Source of the DNA: an uncultured Methanolobus sp.
GTDB taxonomy: Archaea; Halobacteriota; Methanosarcinia; Methanosarcinales; Methanosarcinaceae
NCBI GenBank assembly: GCA_963675495.1
Contig: OY776215.1
Location: forward strand, 1,536,001 to 1,600,000
Direction of reading: 5' to 3'
Length of the DNA stretch: 64,000 bases
Shown piece after piece: positions 51,523-63,104 of the stretch. Made by a program: the position numbers and the translations under genes. The stretch's first letter is position 1. Every line of letters starts with the position of its first letter. The notes beneath the pieces were generated by a model. It was not told the DNA's origin. It saw only the letters and a list, made by a program, of their open reading frames with translations, and did not search any database.

Positions 51523-51810
51523 TCAGCTCAGAACGTAAAGTGGGATAAGAAAACGAATAAATACGTATATCTGAACCAGAAGGATCAAAGGCATTCCAAT
51601 TTGAAAACTGGGATGTCTGGTTTTGTGACGGAAAAAGTACATCCCTACAATAGAACCGACACTGCCACCGGCAATCGCCCAGAGAAAAAGGGTTTTTTCA
51701 GGTATCCTGTATTTCTTTTTTTTTGCTTTTCTTTTATCTATCCCCATGAGGGAAAATGCCACTGCATTTACCAGCAATAAATACATAAAAAATATAAGGA
51801 ATGTATCCAT
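51523..51810 (-). CDS. DUF1294-like membrane protein
   Basis: MGIDKRKA...RIPEKTL....GGSVGS..GM..FRHKT. Confidence 0.88.
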   Translation of the reverse strand: MDTFLIFFMYLLLVNAVAFSLMGIDKRKAKKKKYRIPEKTLFLWAIAGGSVGSIVGMYFFRHKTRHPSFQIGMPLILLVQIYVFIRFLIPLYVLS

Positions 51811-51938
51811 AGCTTTTATTTCATGATATGCCGTATAAATGTATCCCGGAAAGCAATTTCAGGATGAAATTAAGTGTTTGCCGGGAAATACAAATATGGA
51901 AATTTCTAATTTAAGACAATAGAATTGGGTGGTAAAAT

Positions 51939-52346
51939 ATGACAAAAAAATGGCTGATATTGATCACAATACTAATGCTTGCAGGCGTGTTTGTCAGCGG
52001 ATGTGCTGACAATGCAGAAGACACAGTAATTGAAGAAGTGGAAGAAACAGAAAAAGTTGTTGAAGACACTGAGCCCATTATTGGTGATGCGCAGGACTTC
52101 GCTGTAAGGATGGAATACTATGGCATGATGAAACCCTCTGAGCTCGAAATAAACAGGGGCGACTCCATAGCATGGAGAAACTACAAACCACAGAACACCT
52201 ATGTACTTGTCAGTGATGACGGCCTCTTTGAAGACCAGGAAATGGATTCCAACGACGTATATACCTACACGTTCATGGAAAGTGGCACCTACACATTCAG
52301 TGTAACAGATGTCCCGGACATGACACTCAGTGTTACGGTCAGATAA
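51939..52346 (+). CDS. Lipoprotein with cupredoxin-like fold
   Basis: Lipobox VSGC; PSELEINRGDSIAWRN...YTYTFMESGTYTF resembles the plastocyanin/halocyanin strand pattern. Confidence 0.7.
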   Translation: MTKKWLILITILMLAGVFVSGCADNAEDTVIEEVEETEKVVEDTEPIIGDAQDFAVRMEYYGMMKPSELEINRGDSIAWRNYKPQNTYVLVSDDGLFEDQEMDSNDVYTYTFMESGTYTFSVTDVPDMTLSVTVR

Positions 52347-52369
52347 ATTTGAGGCTTTTTGCCTCAAAT
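52347..52369. terminator. Hairpin between convergent genes
   Basis: ATTTGAGGC-TTTTT-GCCTCAAAT, perfect 9-bp stem. Confidence 0.55.
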
Positions 52370-52389
52370 CAATATTTAGTTAAATACAC

Positions 52390-52788
52390 TTATTCCTCTT
52401 TTTCAAAATCAAGTGATATAGAATTCATACAGAACCGCTCACCTGTGGGTTTAGGTCCGTCATTAAAAACATGACCCAGATGGCTTCCACATCTACTGCA
52501 GAGGACTTCGGTTCTCTCCATGAAGAGGCTTTTATCTTTTTTGCGCATAACCTTCTCTTCTGATATCGGTTTGAAAAAGCTGGGCCATCCGGTTCCTGAA
52601 TCGAACTTCGTGTCCGAAGTAAATAGCTCCTGCCCACATGCTGCGCACAGGTAGATACCTTTCTCCTTGTTCGCATAATACTTGCCGGTAAAAGGTGCCT
52701 CGGTGCCCTTTTGTCTCAACACAAGGAACTGGTCGTTCGTGAGTGTTTCTTTCCATTGCTCATCTGATTTCTTTATTGGTTCTTCCAT
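52390..52788 (-). CDS. msrB: Peptide methionine-(R)-sulfoxide reductase
   Basis: [45 protein letters not shown]; ATG 52788 follows GGGAG. Confidence 0.96.
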   Translation of the reverse strand: MEEPIKKSDEQWKETLTNDQFLVLRQKGTEAPFTGKYYANKEKGIYLCAACGQELFTSDTKFDSGTGWPSFFKPISEEKVMRKKDKSLFMERTEVLCSRCGSHLGHVFNDGPKPTGERFCMNSISLDFEKEE

Positions 52789-52988
52789 TTCTAACTCCCT
52801 ATGAAAAAGTGACCATATTACCATAAATAGATAACGTGATTGGTAGACAACTTGCAAATCCTAAAATATAGAATTAATATAAACAGGTAAATATAAATAT
52901 TGTTTTGGAGAAATTTAATATTGTTGAACTAACAAATAAACATCTGGGTATAGTTCATCATTTTGGGTAAAATGAACGGGGTAATAGA

Positions 52989-53318
52989 ATGTCGGATTTG
53001 ATCACATACTACCAGGAGAACAGGCACTGTGCATTGAAGAGGATAAAGAACATGACCCTTTCTGCAAGATACAGAAAAGAATTGAATTGTTGGGTCAACA
53101 ACTACCTTGATCCTTTTTCAGTTGCAAAAAGCATATCACTTGTGCGGAATGAAAGTTCAGACCCTTTTTCAAGAATACGCATTGAAGCTGAAAAAGACCT
53201 TGAGTTCACTTTGCTTACAGCAACTCACAAAGACAGGGACAATAGTGATATCATACTTTTTGAAAGCAACCTTTTGCTTCTGTTTAACCTTATGCTCAGG
53301 CATATCAGAACAGCATAA
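52989..53318 (+). CDS. Hypothetical protein
   Basis: 109-aa ORF with ATG start filling the gap between msrB and the MATE gene; no motif recognised. Confidence 0.6.
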   Translation: MSDLITYYQENRHCALKRIKNMTLSARYRKELNCWVNNYLDPFSVAKSISLVRNESSDPFSRIRIEAEKDLEFTLLTATHKDRDNSDIILFESNLLLLFNLMLRHIRTA

Positions 53319-53447
53319 TGTCAGGAAAGATTAAACACTTTAAATTAAACTGAAAAAGAGTGTTACAGACTCAATGGAAGAAAAGGATAAATATAACAAT
53401 TCTGTCTATTAGTTCCATTCCCTTTTTCTGGGAAAGAAGGCTGATAA

Positions 53448-54893
53448 TTGCACGAACGAAGTAGACTCTTAGCTGATGAAAGCATAGGTAAGCTCCTTTT
53501 CAAATTATCCGCGCCTGCCACCATAGGCATGTTAGTCACGGCTTTGTACAACGTGGTAGATACTGTTTTTGTAGGTCAGGCACTTGGAGAGAACAGCGTA
53601 CAGGGCATCGCAGGAATTGCAGTTGCATTCCCTATAATGATGATAGTCATGGCTATTGCACTTGCAATTGGCATCGGTGGTGCTTCCATGATCTCGCGAA
53701 ATATTGGTGAGAGGAATATTGAAAAGGCTGAAAATGTAATGGGAAACGTACTCTCTCTTGTACTGATAGCAAGTGCATTCATCTGTATACAGGGAAGCAT
53801 ATTCATCACACCCATACTGCAATTGTTCGGGGCTACGGACACCATTCTCCCATACGCCACAGAATATCTTAGAGTGATACTCTACGGGTCCATATTCTTC
53901 ATGTTCGCACTGGCAATGAACAATATTGTGCGCGCAGAAGGGAATGCAAAAGTTGCAATGTACACCATGCTGGTATCTGCTCTTGTAAACATCATACTTG
54001 ACCCGTTTTTCATCTTCGGATCCGGATACTTTGAATTCAATTTTCTTGCAGACAAACTAGGAATCATGATCGAGCCCATATACATGTATGGTTTTGGAAT
54101 GGGAGTAAAAGGAGCAGCTATTGCAACTGTTATTTCTCAGACTACGGGAGCTATCTTCCTTGTATGGTATTTTGCCTCAGGCAATTCCAGCCTGCGATTC
54201 CATACTAAATATCTGATACCAAAATGGAATATTACCAAAGAAACGATTTCAATTGGAATGGGACCCCTTACAAGAAATGCATCAGGTAGTCTTGTCGTAA
54301 TTGTTTTGAACAATATACTTCTGGCTTACGGCGGAGGAGATGTTGCCATAGCAGTTTTCGGTGTTATCAACCGCCTGTTCATGTTCACTTTCATGCCAAT
54401 GTACGGGATCGTACAGGGATTACAGCCAATAGTAGGATTCAATTATGGTGCAAAGAACTTTACCCGGGTTATGGACTCTGTTAAGCTCTCGATGTTTGTT
54501 ACAACCGCCATGGCAATTGTGGGTTTCATAGTGTTTCTGGCCTTTCCTGAACAGCTGTTCAGTATATTCACCACTGACCAGCAACTCATTTCATCGGGGA
54601 AATATGCGACACGCATAATAGTATTGGCACTTCCTCTTGTAGGCTTTCAGGTAGTTGGAACATCACTGTATCAGGCAATAGGAAAAGCACGCCCTTCGTT
54701 TTTATTAGCCATGAGCCGACAATTATTGTTCCTGATACCCCTTGTGATAATCCTGCCACGTTTTTTCCAGCTGACCGGTGTGTGGATGGCTTTCCCATTA
54801 TCAGATGGCCTTGCGTTCTTACTTACCTTTGTAATGGTAATAAAAGAGTTCAAAATATTGACTATTATGGATGAGAATATAACCTCATCCTAA
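53448..54893 (+). CDS. MATE-family efflux transporter
   Basis: [49 protein letters not shown]; about 12 hydrophobic segments. Confidence 0.95.
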   Translation: MHERSRLLADESIGKLLFKLSAPATIGMLVTALYNVVDTVFVGQALGENSVQGIAGIAVAFPIMMIVMAIALAIGIGGASMISRNIGERNIEKAENVMGNVLSLVLIASAFICIQGSIFITPILQLFGATDTILPYATEYLRVILYGSIFFMFALAMNNIVRAEGNAKVAMYTMLVSALVNIILDPFFIFGSGYFEFNFLADKLGIMIEPIYMYGFGMGVKGAAIATVISQTTGAIFLVWYFASGNSSLRFHTKYLIPKWNITKETISIGMGPLTRNASGSLVVIVLNNILLAYGGGDVAIAVFGVINRLFMFTFMPMYGIVQGLQPIVGFNYGAKNFTRVMDSVKLSMFVTTAMAIVGFIVFLAFPEQLFSIFTTDQQLISSGKYATRIIVLALPLVGFQVVGTSLYQAIGKARPSFLLAMSRQLLFLIPLVIILPRFFQLTGVWMAFPLSDGLAFLLTFVMVIKEFKILTIMDENITSS

Positions 54894-54940
54894 GCTCAGA
54901 ATACAACGCATTTAAAAACTATCAGGACAATTCTCAACGC

Positions 54941-56488
54941 ATGTCAAATGAGAAAGGACCTCTTTTACTGATGATACTGGATGGCTGGGGATATACAACT
55001 GAAGAGCAAGGCAATGCGGTTATGGCTGCAAGGACTCCCGTACTTGACTCATTATTAGATAAATATCCTTCCTGTCTAGTTGAAGTTTCAGGGGAAGGTG
55101 TGGGACTTCCTGAAGGCCAGATGGGGAACTCGGAAGTCGGCCACCTCAATATTGGTGCAGGGAGAATAGTTTACCAGGACCTCACACGCATCAATAAAGC
55201 CATAGAAGATGGTTCTTTTTTCAAAAACCAGGTATTTCTTGATGCCATAGAACATACAAAGAAAAATGATTCCGCATTACACCTTATGGGACTGTTCTCA
55301 TACGGAGGCGTGCACAGCCATATGGACCACATGAGAGCTCTTGTGGAAATGGCAAAAAAAGAAGGACTTAGAGAAGTCTATATTCACGCATTCCTGGATG
55401 GAAGGGATGTGCCACCACAGACTGCGCTTGAGGACATGAAAGCCCATGAAGAGTTCTGCCACAGCACCGGCATAGCAAAGACTGCAACTGTTTGTGGCAG
55501 GTACTATGCAATGGACCGCGACAAACGCTGGGAACGTGTAGAACTGGCATACAACGCACTCACAAACGCAGAAGGAATATTTGCAAAGGATGCAGTATCA
55601 GCAGTCATTCAGGCTTATGAGAGAGGAGAGAATGATGAGTTTGTCAAGCCAACTGTCGTCACAGACAAAGAAGGAAAGCCCGTTGCAACAATAAAGGATA
55701 AAGATGCTGTTATTTTCTTCAATTTCCGCCCTGACAGGGCAAGACAGATGACATACGCGCTTGTCAACAAGGATTTTGATGGCTTTGAGAGAAAAGTAAA
55801 ACCAGAACTACACTACGCATGCATGGCTGAATATGATGAGAAACTCGATGTTCCGATCGCATTCCCTCCTGAAAGTTATGAAAACACACTTGGGGAAGTC
55901 CTTAGCAAACATAACAAAAAACAGCTTCGAATAGCCGAAACAGAAAAGTACGCCCATGTGACCTTTTTCTTCAACGGTGGTGTGGAAAAGAAAAATGAGG
56001 GTGAGGACAGATGCCTTATACCGTCACCTGATGTTGCCACCTATGACCTTAAACCTGAAATGAGTGCTTATGAGGTCACCAACGAACTTGTGGATAAAAT
56101 ACTCAACGACAATTATGATGCCATAATCCTCAATTTTGCCAATATGGACATGGTCGGGCATACGGGAATCGTCGATGCAGCAATAAAAGCCATCGAGACA
56201 ATTGATGAATGTGTAGGAAAGATCGTCGATGCAATTATGGAAAAAGACGGTGCTGCAATCATAACCGCTGATCATGGCAACGCTGAGAAGATGATAGATT
56301 ACAACACAGGAAAGCCACATACTGCACATACATCCAACCCTGTAAGGTGCCTTCTGGTAAGCGCGGAGGAAGGAAGGAGATTACAGAACGGGAAACTTTC
56401 AGACATAGCTCCCACAATGCTGGATATACTTGGCATAGAGAAACCTGAACAGATGACAGGCGTCTCACTCATTAAGAAACAGGATTAA
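54941..56488 (+). CDS. gpmI: 2,3-bisphosphoglycerate-independent phosphoglycerate mutase
   Basis: [65 protein letters not shown]. Confidence 0.97.
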   Translation: MSNEKGPLLLMILDGWGYTTEEQGNAVMAARTPVLDSLLDKYPSCLVEVSGEGVGLPEGQMGNSEVGHLNIGAGRIVYQDLTRINKAIEDGSFFKNQVFLDAIEHTKKNDSALHLMGLFSYGGVHSHMDHMRALVEMAKKEGLREVYIHAFLDGRDVPPQTALEDMKAHEEFCHSTGIAKTATVCGRYYAMDRDKRWERVELAYNALTNAEGIFAKDAVSAVIQAYERGENDEFVKPTVVTDKEGKPVATIKDKDAVIFFNFRPDRARQMTYALVNKDFDGFERKVKPELHYACMAEYDEKLDVPIAFPPESYENTLGEVLSKHNKKQLRIAETEKYAHVTFFFNGGVEKKNEGEDRCLIPSPDVATYDLKPEMSAYEVTNELVDKILNDNYDAIILNFANMDMVGHTGIVDAAIKAIETIDECVGKIVDAIMEKDGAAIITADHGNAEKMIDYNTGKPHTAHTSNPVRCLLVSAEEGRRLQNGKLSDIAPTMLDILGIEKPEQMTGVSLIKKQD

Positions 56489-56493
56489 CAGAA

Positions 56494-57510
56494 CTAAAAC
56501 CACTTATCAAGAGTGCTCTGGCCGCTTCCGGATGAAGCTTCGAGGCGTTCCAGAGCCTTTGTAACCCTGTCCTCTGAAAAATCATGCTCACCACAGAGGA
56601 AAGAGAGCACTGCTTCATTATCTGGTTTATTCCACTTTAAAGAATAATCATCGGTCACATCAGGAGATTTGAAGAACTCCTTGATATTATCAAGATCAGG
56701 AATCTCCAGATCTTTTACCTTCAGAACATTTTCAATGCTTTTATGCTCCCTGATAAGTTTGAGAGCTGTTTTGGGACCGACACCCTCAAGTCCCTCATTG
56801 TAGTCAGTACCCACGCAAAGAGCTATATCGATAAGCTGGGAATGATTTATTCCAAGCTCATCCAGGTTTTCCTTAAGGCTTATAGTTTCGGGTTTCACGT
56901 CAACGTAGATATTCTTCTTAGGCAGTTTCCTTTTACCGGATACGGTAAGGTTCCTGACAACCTGGGGAGAACCGAAAAGCAGGGAATCATAATCCTGTGA
57001 TGCAATCTTATCCGCATCACCTTTCTTGACCATGTATGCAGCCTGTGCCTCACCCTCCGAGGGAGCATCCACAAATGGAATACCAATTGCATTCAGGAGT
57101 TTTTTGGAATCATCAACAATGGTAGCATCAACCTTTGAAGAGGCCTGAGCATACTTATATGCCTCTTCTGCAAGACCTTTTTCCTTTGCTTCTGCCCATT
57201 TAACCTTTGCATTCTCACGGGTTTCGGTGCGCTTCTGGATAGTAGAAGATTTCCACTCAGGCGGCTTGCCATCAAAAACAAAAACAGGTTTAACTCCAGC
57301 TTCAATAATATTTGTCATCCTGTAAAGGATGCCGGAAAGATGTGACGTGACGTTTCCCTGTGAATCCTTGAGGGGAGTGCCATCTCTCTGTCGTATGATA
57401 CTTAAGAATTGGTAAAGTGTGTTAAAAGCGTCTATAGCCACTATGTCTAAAGAAAGGTCAGATACCTCGATCGTGCTCCTCTTAAGGAGATCCCCTATAT
57501 CAACACCCAT
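56494..57510 (-). CDS. fen: Flap endonuclease 1
   Basis: [54 protein letters not shown]-terminal PIP box QSTLDKWF. Confidence 0.97.
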   Translation of the reverse strand: MGVDIGDLLKRSTIEVSDLSLDIVAIDAFNTLYQFLSIIRQRDGTPLKDSQGNVTSHLSGILYRMTNIIEAGVKPVFVFDGKPPEWKSSTIQKRTETRENAKVKWAEAKEKGLAEEAYKYAQASSKVDATIVDDSKKLLNAIGIPFVDAPSEGEAQAAYMVKKGDADKIASQDYDSLLFGSPQVVRNLTVSGKRKLPKKNIYVDVKPETISLKENLDELGINHSQLIDIALCVGTDYNEGLEGVGPKTALKLIREHKSIENVLKVKDLEIPDLDNIKEFFKSPDVTDDYSLKWNKPDNEAVLSFLCGEHDFSEDRVTKALERLEASSGSGQSTLDKWF

Positions 57511-57544
57511 GTAAAATCAGAATTGAATCAGCAAAAGCCCTGAT

Positions 57545-57859
57545 TCAGGCTTCGCCTGTTATAAGTCCATTGCATTCAAGCCTTACATCAATAACAGTAT
57601 CGTCGTTTGCGTCTATTTTTCCTACTTTTAGGATGTTTCCCACCCTGTCAATCAAGTGTGTCTTAGTAACCCTCACCTGATGAAGGTCATTAAGATCTTT
57701 ATTTTTGTGAATGATAACAAGACTGTGCTGATCATCGTCATTTTTGCTTAACTTTGACATCATGTTCTTAACAAGCTGCTCAAAGTCAGAGTAAATGAGG
57801 ATCTCAGAACATTTCCCGGCTTTCTTTATAATACCTATTGGTTCTAAATTAATGCGCAT
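57545..57859 (-). CDS. Small protein resembling a degenerate TrmO/TsaA (YaeB) beta-barrel
   Basis: LEPIGII...SEILIY...LVIIH...GNILKVGKIDANDDTVIDVR; preceded by GAGGTG. Confidence 0.6.
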   Translation of the reverse strand: MRINLEPIGIIKKAGKCSEILIYSDFEQLVKNMMSKLSKNDDDQHSLVIIHKNKDLNDLHQVRVTKTHLIDRVGNILKVGKIDANDDTVIDVRLECNGLITGEA

Positions 57860-57956
57860 GTACGCACCTCTTATAGATGGAAAATATTTCTCATCATTCT
57901 ACTACAACCTAGTTAATATGGTTTTCGGAATATAGAGCGGTGGCTAAATATAATTA

Positions 57957-58280
57957 TCACCTATATCTAGTCCTTTCCATGGAAGCCATTATGTCATCCA
58001 TTCTGTAAATAACTTCATTAAGTCTGGTATCCAGGTTGTTTTCAACACTCTGCACATTTATCCTTAAAGAGCGCTCCTTTGCCTCAAGCATATTGTCGAT
58101 CTTGCGAAGACGCATGTCAACCAATAAGATCATGCCAGCCAGCGCTCCCACCATAACCATGGCGGAAAGTATGATCAAGGCATTTGCCGGACTGTATTTA
58201 AACCTCCCGAGCCATTCATATGTTAATACGAATGAAGATACAACCATCACAACTGAGAATATTATTTCCCTGATTTCCAT
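57957..58280 (-). CDS. Hypothetical membrane protein (two TM helices plus coiled coil)
   Basis: 107-aa ORF; two hydrophobic helices followed by a heptad-like tail. Confidence 0.7.
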   Translation of the reverse strand: MEIREIIFSVVMVVSSFVLTYEWLGRFKYSPANALIILSAMVMVGALAGMILLVDMRLRKIDNMLEAKERSLRINVQSVENNLDTRLNEVIYRMDDIMASMERTRYR

Positions 58281-58423
58281 TCTGATCCCTCATAATAATA
58301 TGTGCTTTTTTACTATTTATATTATTTAACTCTATTTTTTTAAAAGAGAATACCTTAAATACTGAATAACCATTTAGTATATTTAAATAATATTTGACTA
58401 TTTATATATTTGGAGTTGCGGAT

Positions 58424-59350
58424 TTGAGTTCTGAAAAGACAGTTTTAAAAGATTATGCACCAATGCTTGTAATGGCAGGCATCATACTGGTAGTACAGAT
58501 TACAGCACTGCTTTTAGCCACGCCTATGAGTGCAAATGATATGCAGGCATTCGAGGACCCGGACTCAACTGCAAATAGCATCTATTACATAGGAGTTATC
58601 CTTGTATTTACATTACTACTATTGATGGCGATCAAAAGGAACATGGAATGGATAATACAACTCACTATACTGCTTGCAGTGGGAGCTACCATGTACTATG
58701 TATTCTACGCTTTGCTGTCCCTTGCAGATATATCAATAGTGACAAACAATATTGTATCCGGCCTGTTGGCAGCCGTACTTACAATACTGCTTTACAAGTT
58801 CCCAGAATGGTATGTTATCAACACCATCGGACTGATAATAGGGGCAGGAGCCAGCGCCATTTTTGGAATATCATTATCAATCCTTCCTGTGTTGGTGCTT
58901 CTGTCATTGCTTGCAATATATGATGCAATATCAGTTTACAAGACAAAACACATGGTAGACCTTGCAGAAGGAGTAATGGACCTCCGCCTGCCCATACTCT
59001 TCATTATCCCGAAACACCTGAAATACTCATTCATCGATGACTCGTTCAAAAAAGAAGAAGGTCAGGAGAGAGAAGCGTTCTTCATGGGACTTGGGGATGC
59101 CATAATGCCAACCATACTGGTAGTATCTGCAAACGTATTCCTGGCTCAGAAAGCAACACTGAACTACATAGGATTCATATCCTACCCTGCTCTTGGTGCA
59201 ATGGTAGGAACAATTGTAGGATTTGTAGCACTGAGCATACTGGTAATGAAAGGAAAACCACAGGCAGGATTACCATTCCTCAACAGTGGTGTTATACTTG
59301 GATATATAGTAGGAGTACTGGCTTCTGGACCAGGAACACCCTTCTATTAA
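58424..59350 (+). CDS. Presenilin/SPP-family intramembrane aspartyl protease (PSH)
   Basis: Catalytic YD (AIYDAISVYKTKHM), GxGD (MGLGD), PAL-like PQAGLPFLN; about 9 TM segments. Start uncertain. Confidence 0.93.
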   Translation: MSSEKTVLKDYAPMLVMAGIILVVQITALLLATPMSANDMQAFEDPDSTANSIYYIGVILVFTLLLLMAIKRNMEWIIQLTILLAVGATMYYVFYALLSLADISIVTNNIVSGLLAAVLTILLYKFPEWYVINTIGLIIGAGASAIFGISLSILPVLVLLSLLAIYDAISVYKTKHMVDLAEGVMDLRLPILFIIPKHLKYSFIDDSFKKEEGQEREAFFMGLGDAIMPTILVVSANVFLAQKATLNYIGFISYPALGAMVGTIVGFVALSILVMKGKPQAGLPFLNSGVILGYIVGVLASGPGTPFY

Positions 59351-59362
59351 TCCCTTTTTTTA

Positions 59363-59833
59363 TTATTCTTCAGGAAGTTCAGAATTTATATTGCATATAG
59401 TACAGTTGGAATCAGGCATTTCTTTGCAGGATTCGTGGAACACTGAATCTACTGAACGCGTACCTTCGGCAAGTACAGCAGCTGTTGAAATGGTGCTCGC
59501 TATCAAAACGGAATCAAATATCTCTTCCTTAGAGACACCGAGTCTTTTAGCAACCCTGACGTGAGTCTTCATACAATGCTCACACCTCAAAGCAGAAGCC
59601 ACAGCTATGCATATCAGCTCCACTGTTTTGGGATCCATACGCTTGAACTCACGCATGACATTATTCTCATAGATCATGCGTGATATGAAAAGTTCCGGCA
59701 TATCCTTCATGAAGTTAATTATGTAAGGAATCTCACCGTAACGTTTCTCAACATCTTCCAGAATATCTTCGACTGCCTCTTCAGGCTCTTTGTCAAGAAT
59801 TTCTTTTATCTTTTCCATATCCATAATAACCAC
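59363..59833 (-). CDS. CMD/AhpD-family protein with CxxC
   Basis: YGEIP, MDPKTVELICIAVASALRCEHCMKTH...GVSKEEI; Cys-containing tail C-x7-CTIC. Confidence 0.88.
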   Translation of the reverse strand: MVIMDMEKIKEILDKEPEEAVEDILEDVEKRYGEIPYIINFMKDMPELFISRMIYENNVMREFKRMDPKTVELICIAVASALRCEHCMKTHVRVAKRLGVSKEEIFDSVLIASTISTAAVLAEGTRSVDSVFHESCKEMPDSNCTICNINSELPEE

Positions 59834-59855
59834 ATGAATAATATTTGTCAGGATA

Positions 59856-60794
59856 CTAAGCAGTAAACCCTACCTCGGATTCACGTTTGATCTTGACCAG
59901 TATATAATTTTTCATCTTTGACAGGGTGATGGCAGCCATATCAGACAGTTTTACCCCCTCATCAAACTCGAGGTTCTCCACCTTTTCATGGAACTGTTCG
60001 TATGGAAGTTTAACACGCAGACCATCAAGCTGAAGAGTGATGGGAGCAGGCGAAAGTACATTGAATATCTCCGGTATCTGTTCATGGATCTCTTTCATTA
60101 CCCTTGCAGGCAATACGGCAAGGGGATCTTTTGCGAGATCCTCACGCATCTTTTCCACCACTTCAATAACCTTCTCGTTCATACCATCAAGTGAATCAAG
60201 TTCACCACTTTTCCTCAGACGATGGGCAACCCTGCCAATACCTCCGACATACATGTCAGCATTTGCAATGTCTTCCGTCTTGAGGTCACGGGGTCCACCT
60301 GTAACTATCTTGGGAACGGTTACACCCTCAAGCAATTTAGGTTTCTTGTTCTTTATACAATCACTGAAAGTACCAAATGAAAATACGGCGAGATCATGTT
60401 CATTGATAAGCTTCCTTTCATAGTTGTCAGAAAGGGAAACCCTCCTACCCATACCTCTTGCAAGACCTAACATGTTCGTGTTAGCTCCACCCCTGCGCAG
60501 ATATTCCGCAACGTCACAGGCAGAGTGAGGAAGATGATGGGAAGCAAGTGTAGGAGACACGACGGCAATCTCAGTACCAGTAAGTGGCGCACGGGTGAGC
60601 TCACCCAGAAGCTTTTTCCCAAGCTCTTCGATAAGATGTACATCATCCCTTGGTATCAGCATGACAAGTGTGACCTCTGTTGCTGCAGGGACTTTCTGGA
60701 TAAGATAGCCACCAAGGTCCTCCAGAAGTTCAGTAATAAGAGAGTGTTTATGTACACCACCCTCGTAAATGTATGGCTCTAATATCGCTGCCAT
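59856..60794 (-). CDS. Methanogenesis marker protein 7
   Basis: YEGGVHKH..I.ELLEDLGG, APLTGTEIAVVSPTLASHHLPHSACDVAEYLRR.GA.TNM.GLARG.G; start coupled to the upstream stop (TAATG). Confidence 0.9.
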   Translation of the reverse strand: MAAILEPYIYEGGVHKHSLITELLEDLGGYLIQKVPAATEVTLVMLIPRDDVHLIEELGKKLLGELTRAPLTGTEIAVVSPTLASHHLPHSACDVAEYLRRGGANTNMLGLARGMGRRVSLSDNYERKLINEHDLAVFSFGTFSDCIKNKKPKLLEGVTVPKIVTGGPRDLKTEDIANADMYVGGIGRVAHRLRKSGELDSLDGMNEKVIEVVEKMREDLAKDPLAVLPARVMKEIHEQIPEIFNVLSPAPITLQLDGLRVKLPYEQFHEKVENLEFDEGVKLSDMAAITLSKMKNYILVKIKRESEVGFTA

Positions 60795-61390
60795 TAATTC
60801 TCCTCCATGAGTTCTGTGATCATCTGATTTGCTTCCTGTATCCATTCAGGTTTAAGGGCGTCCTCGCTTGCTACAAAAACGAACTTATGCTTGTCCATTG
60901 AATGATAACGCACCCTGAATCCTTCGGGAGTGGACCTTATAGCCATTTCAACCAGACGTGACTGCAGGGTCCTTCGGGGATCTGCAACTACCATATCTTT
61001 AAGGAACTCGATCTCAGCAGATGTGTCTTCAGCATTCATAATCAGTGTCTTTCTCTCGGGCTGGAAGACCTTTGAACGTCCATATCTTGCCCAGAGCAAT
61101 TCAAGCAATTCTGGCAGATATTTTTCCTCAGTAAGAGAAATCCTTACCTCTTTTTTTGCCAGATTACCGGCATCAACACTACCAATGTCAGATACTTTTA
61201 CAGTGGGCTGGCCACCTCTTAAAATAATGGCCATCTGATAAAGGGAGTCTTCCGGCCTTACAACAACCTTTATGCGTCCAATAGCACCTCCGAGCACCAG
61301 TTCTGTAATGATATCGGCGACTATGCTCTTGTATGCAACACCTTCTTCCGGGATCGGGGACTCTACAACGAAAGTCTCAAGAGCTTCCAT
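60794..61390 (-). CDS. Methanogenesis marker protein 17
   Basis: EKYLPELL..LW..YGR..V.QPER, PEGFRVR, ASED; position between markers 15 and 7. Confidence 0.85.
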   Translation of the reverse strand: MEALETFVVESPIPEEGVAYKSIVADIITELVLGGAIGRIKVVVRPEDSLYQMAIILRGGQPTVKVSDIGSVDAGNLAKKEVRISLTEEKYLPELLELLWARYGRSKVFQPERKTLIMNAEDTSAEIEFLKDMVVADPRRTLQSRLVEMAIRSTPEGFRVRYHSMDKHKFVFVASEDALKPEWIQEANQMITELMEEN

Positions 61391-61395
61391 AAGAA

Positions 61396-62637
61396 TTACT
61401 CCTCCACGTATCCTGATGCCAGTAAAGCACTTCCAACAGCACCTATCAGGTGAGAGTTAGGAGGAACAAGAACATTGATCTTAAGCAACTCACCAAGAGC
61501 CTTTGGAACACCTTCGATAAGAGATGAACCGCCTACAAGAATCAATGGTTCCTTCACATCAACTTCCTGAAGCTGTTGTTCGAATATCTGCTCTACGACA
61601 CTGTGACATGCAGCAGCAGCAACATCTTCAGGAGTTGCACCCTTTGCAAGGGAATTTACAAGTGACTGGATACCGAAAACTATACAGTAACTGTTCATGT
61701 CCACTTTTTGTTCCATTCCATTTACAGCAAGTGTACCAAGTTCAGTGATGTCAACACCGAGCCTTTTAGCAGTCATATCAAGGAAACGTCCTGATGCTCC
61801 TGCGCAGATACCACCCATGGTAAACATTCCGGGAATACCATCATCTACGGATATTGCCTTGTTGTCCATTCCACCAATATCAATAACTGTTGCATGACCT
61901 TTCTGAGAATCGGCAAGATAAACAGCACCCTTGGAGTTGACAGTTATCTCTTCCTGGATGAGTTGGGCATTGAAGTGCTCACCAATAAGAAAACGACCGT
62001 ATCCGGTTGTACCTATGGCCTGGATGTCCTCCTGTTTGACACCTGCAGCTTCCAGTGCCTGGTTGAAAGCTTCCGTCGCACTGTCAATAACCTTTATAGT
62101 GGGCACCCATCCGGAGCCTATGATCTCGTTGTCCCTCATAACAACTGCCTTTGTGGTCGTAGAACCAGAGTCAATACCAGCGGTAAGTCCACTTTGCTTT
62201 TCCCTTGCAAGAAGGTGTCTGCGTCTTGCAATAGTCGTTAAAGCCTCCATACGGGTCAGCAGGGTTGCTGCAGTCGTACGCTCTGTAAATGAATAACTGA
62301 TGACCGGAAGATCCGAGTGTTTGTTGATGTAGCGGCGAACTTCGTTTCGTACTATAGCAGCCTCAGCACACCTGAAACATGAAGTTATGAATACACCATC
62401 CACATCCGAAATACCTTCTACTATAGCCTTGGCCCTTGCCATCATAAGCCGAAGGTCAGGACTTGCAGCCTCCAGGCCAAAATCCTTTCCGATCGTGTCA
62501 AGGACATTGACATCTATCTCAGGGTATATCAGTTTGGCATTTACACTCGCTGCAACTGAATCAAGTTCCCCTTGAACACCTGCATATTCGGAACCACAGG
62601 ACACAAGTGCCACCTTTACGAGGTCATCTTCAGTCAT
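61396..62637 (-). CDS. Methanogenesis marker protein 15 (BcrA/BadF-type ASKHA activator ATPase)
   Basis: [55 protein letters not shown]. Confidence 0.92.
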   Translation of the reverse strand: MTEDDLVKVALVSCGSEYAGVQGELDSVAASVNAKLIYPEIDVNVLDTIGKDFGLEAASPDLRLMMARAKAIVEGISDVDGVFITSCFRCAEAAIVRNEVRRYINKHSDLPVISYSFTERTTAATLLTRMEALTTIARRRHLLAREKQSGLTAGIDSGSTTTKAVVMRDNEIIGSGWVPTIKVIDSATEAFNQALEAAGVKQEDIQAIGTTGYGRFLIGEHFNAQLIQEEITVNSKGAVYLADSQKGHATVIDIGGMDNKAISVDDGIPGMFTMGGICAGASGRFLDMTAKRLGVDITELGTLAVNGMEQKVDMNSYCIVFGIQSLVNSLAKGATPEDVAAAACHSVVEQIFEQQLQEVDVKEPLILVGGSSLIEGVPKALGELLKINVLVPPNSHLIGAVGSALLASGYVEE

Positions 62638-63095
62638 TCTGTTGCCTCCTCACTTTTGTCAGGCAATGACTTCAGGAACTCTGCGATCTTGTACACAAAT
62701 TCCTGCCCATCGTCATCAGATTTAGGGAACTCCAGTTCAAGAATTGGCATCTCACGACTTCTTATTAGATATTTAGTAAGTTCATTGGTACGTGCACACC
62801 CCATGCAACCAAAGGCCATGGGCGATTCACCAACGATAATGCCTGCATCCGATTCTTCAATCATGGGTCCTACTATAGCCATTCTGCCCCTGACACCTGC
62901 AGGAACTTCTACAGCTGCGTACTTCAGACCATGTTTTGGTTCTTCTGCTGTTATGTTCAAAGGAGGGGAATCGACACCAACAGTTGATACCTTTTCCTTT
63001 ATCTTTTCCATCATTGCAATCGGTGTGTGACCGAATCTCTGGACCAGGTCAGAAAGGATAAGACTGTTTGTAGGGTATATGATAATTTTTGCCAT
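62634..63095 (-). CDS. Methanogenesis marker protein 5
   Basis: [54 protein letters not shown]. Confidence 0.92.
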   Translation of the reverse strand: MAKIIIYPTNSLILSDLVQRFGHTPIAMMEKIKEKVSTVGVDSPPLNITAEEPKHGLKYAAVEVPAGVRGRMAIVGPMIEESDAGIIVGESPMAFGCMGCARTNELTKYLIRSREMPILELEFPKSDDDGQEFVYKIAEFLKSLPDKSEEATE

Positions 63096-63104
63096 TGTAT
63101 TGCC

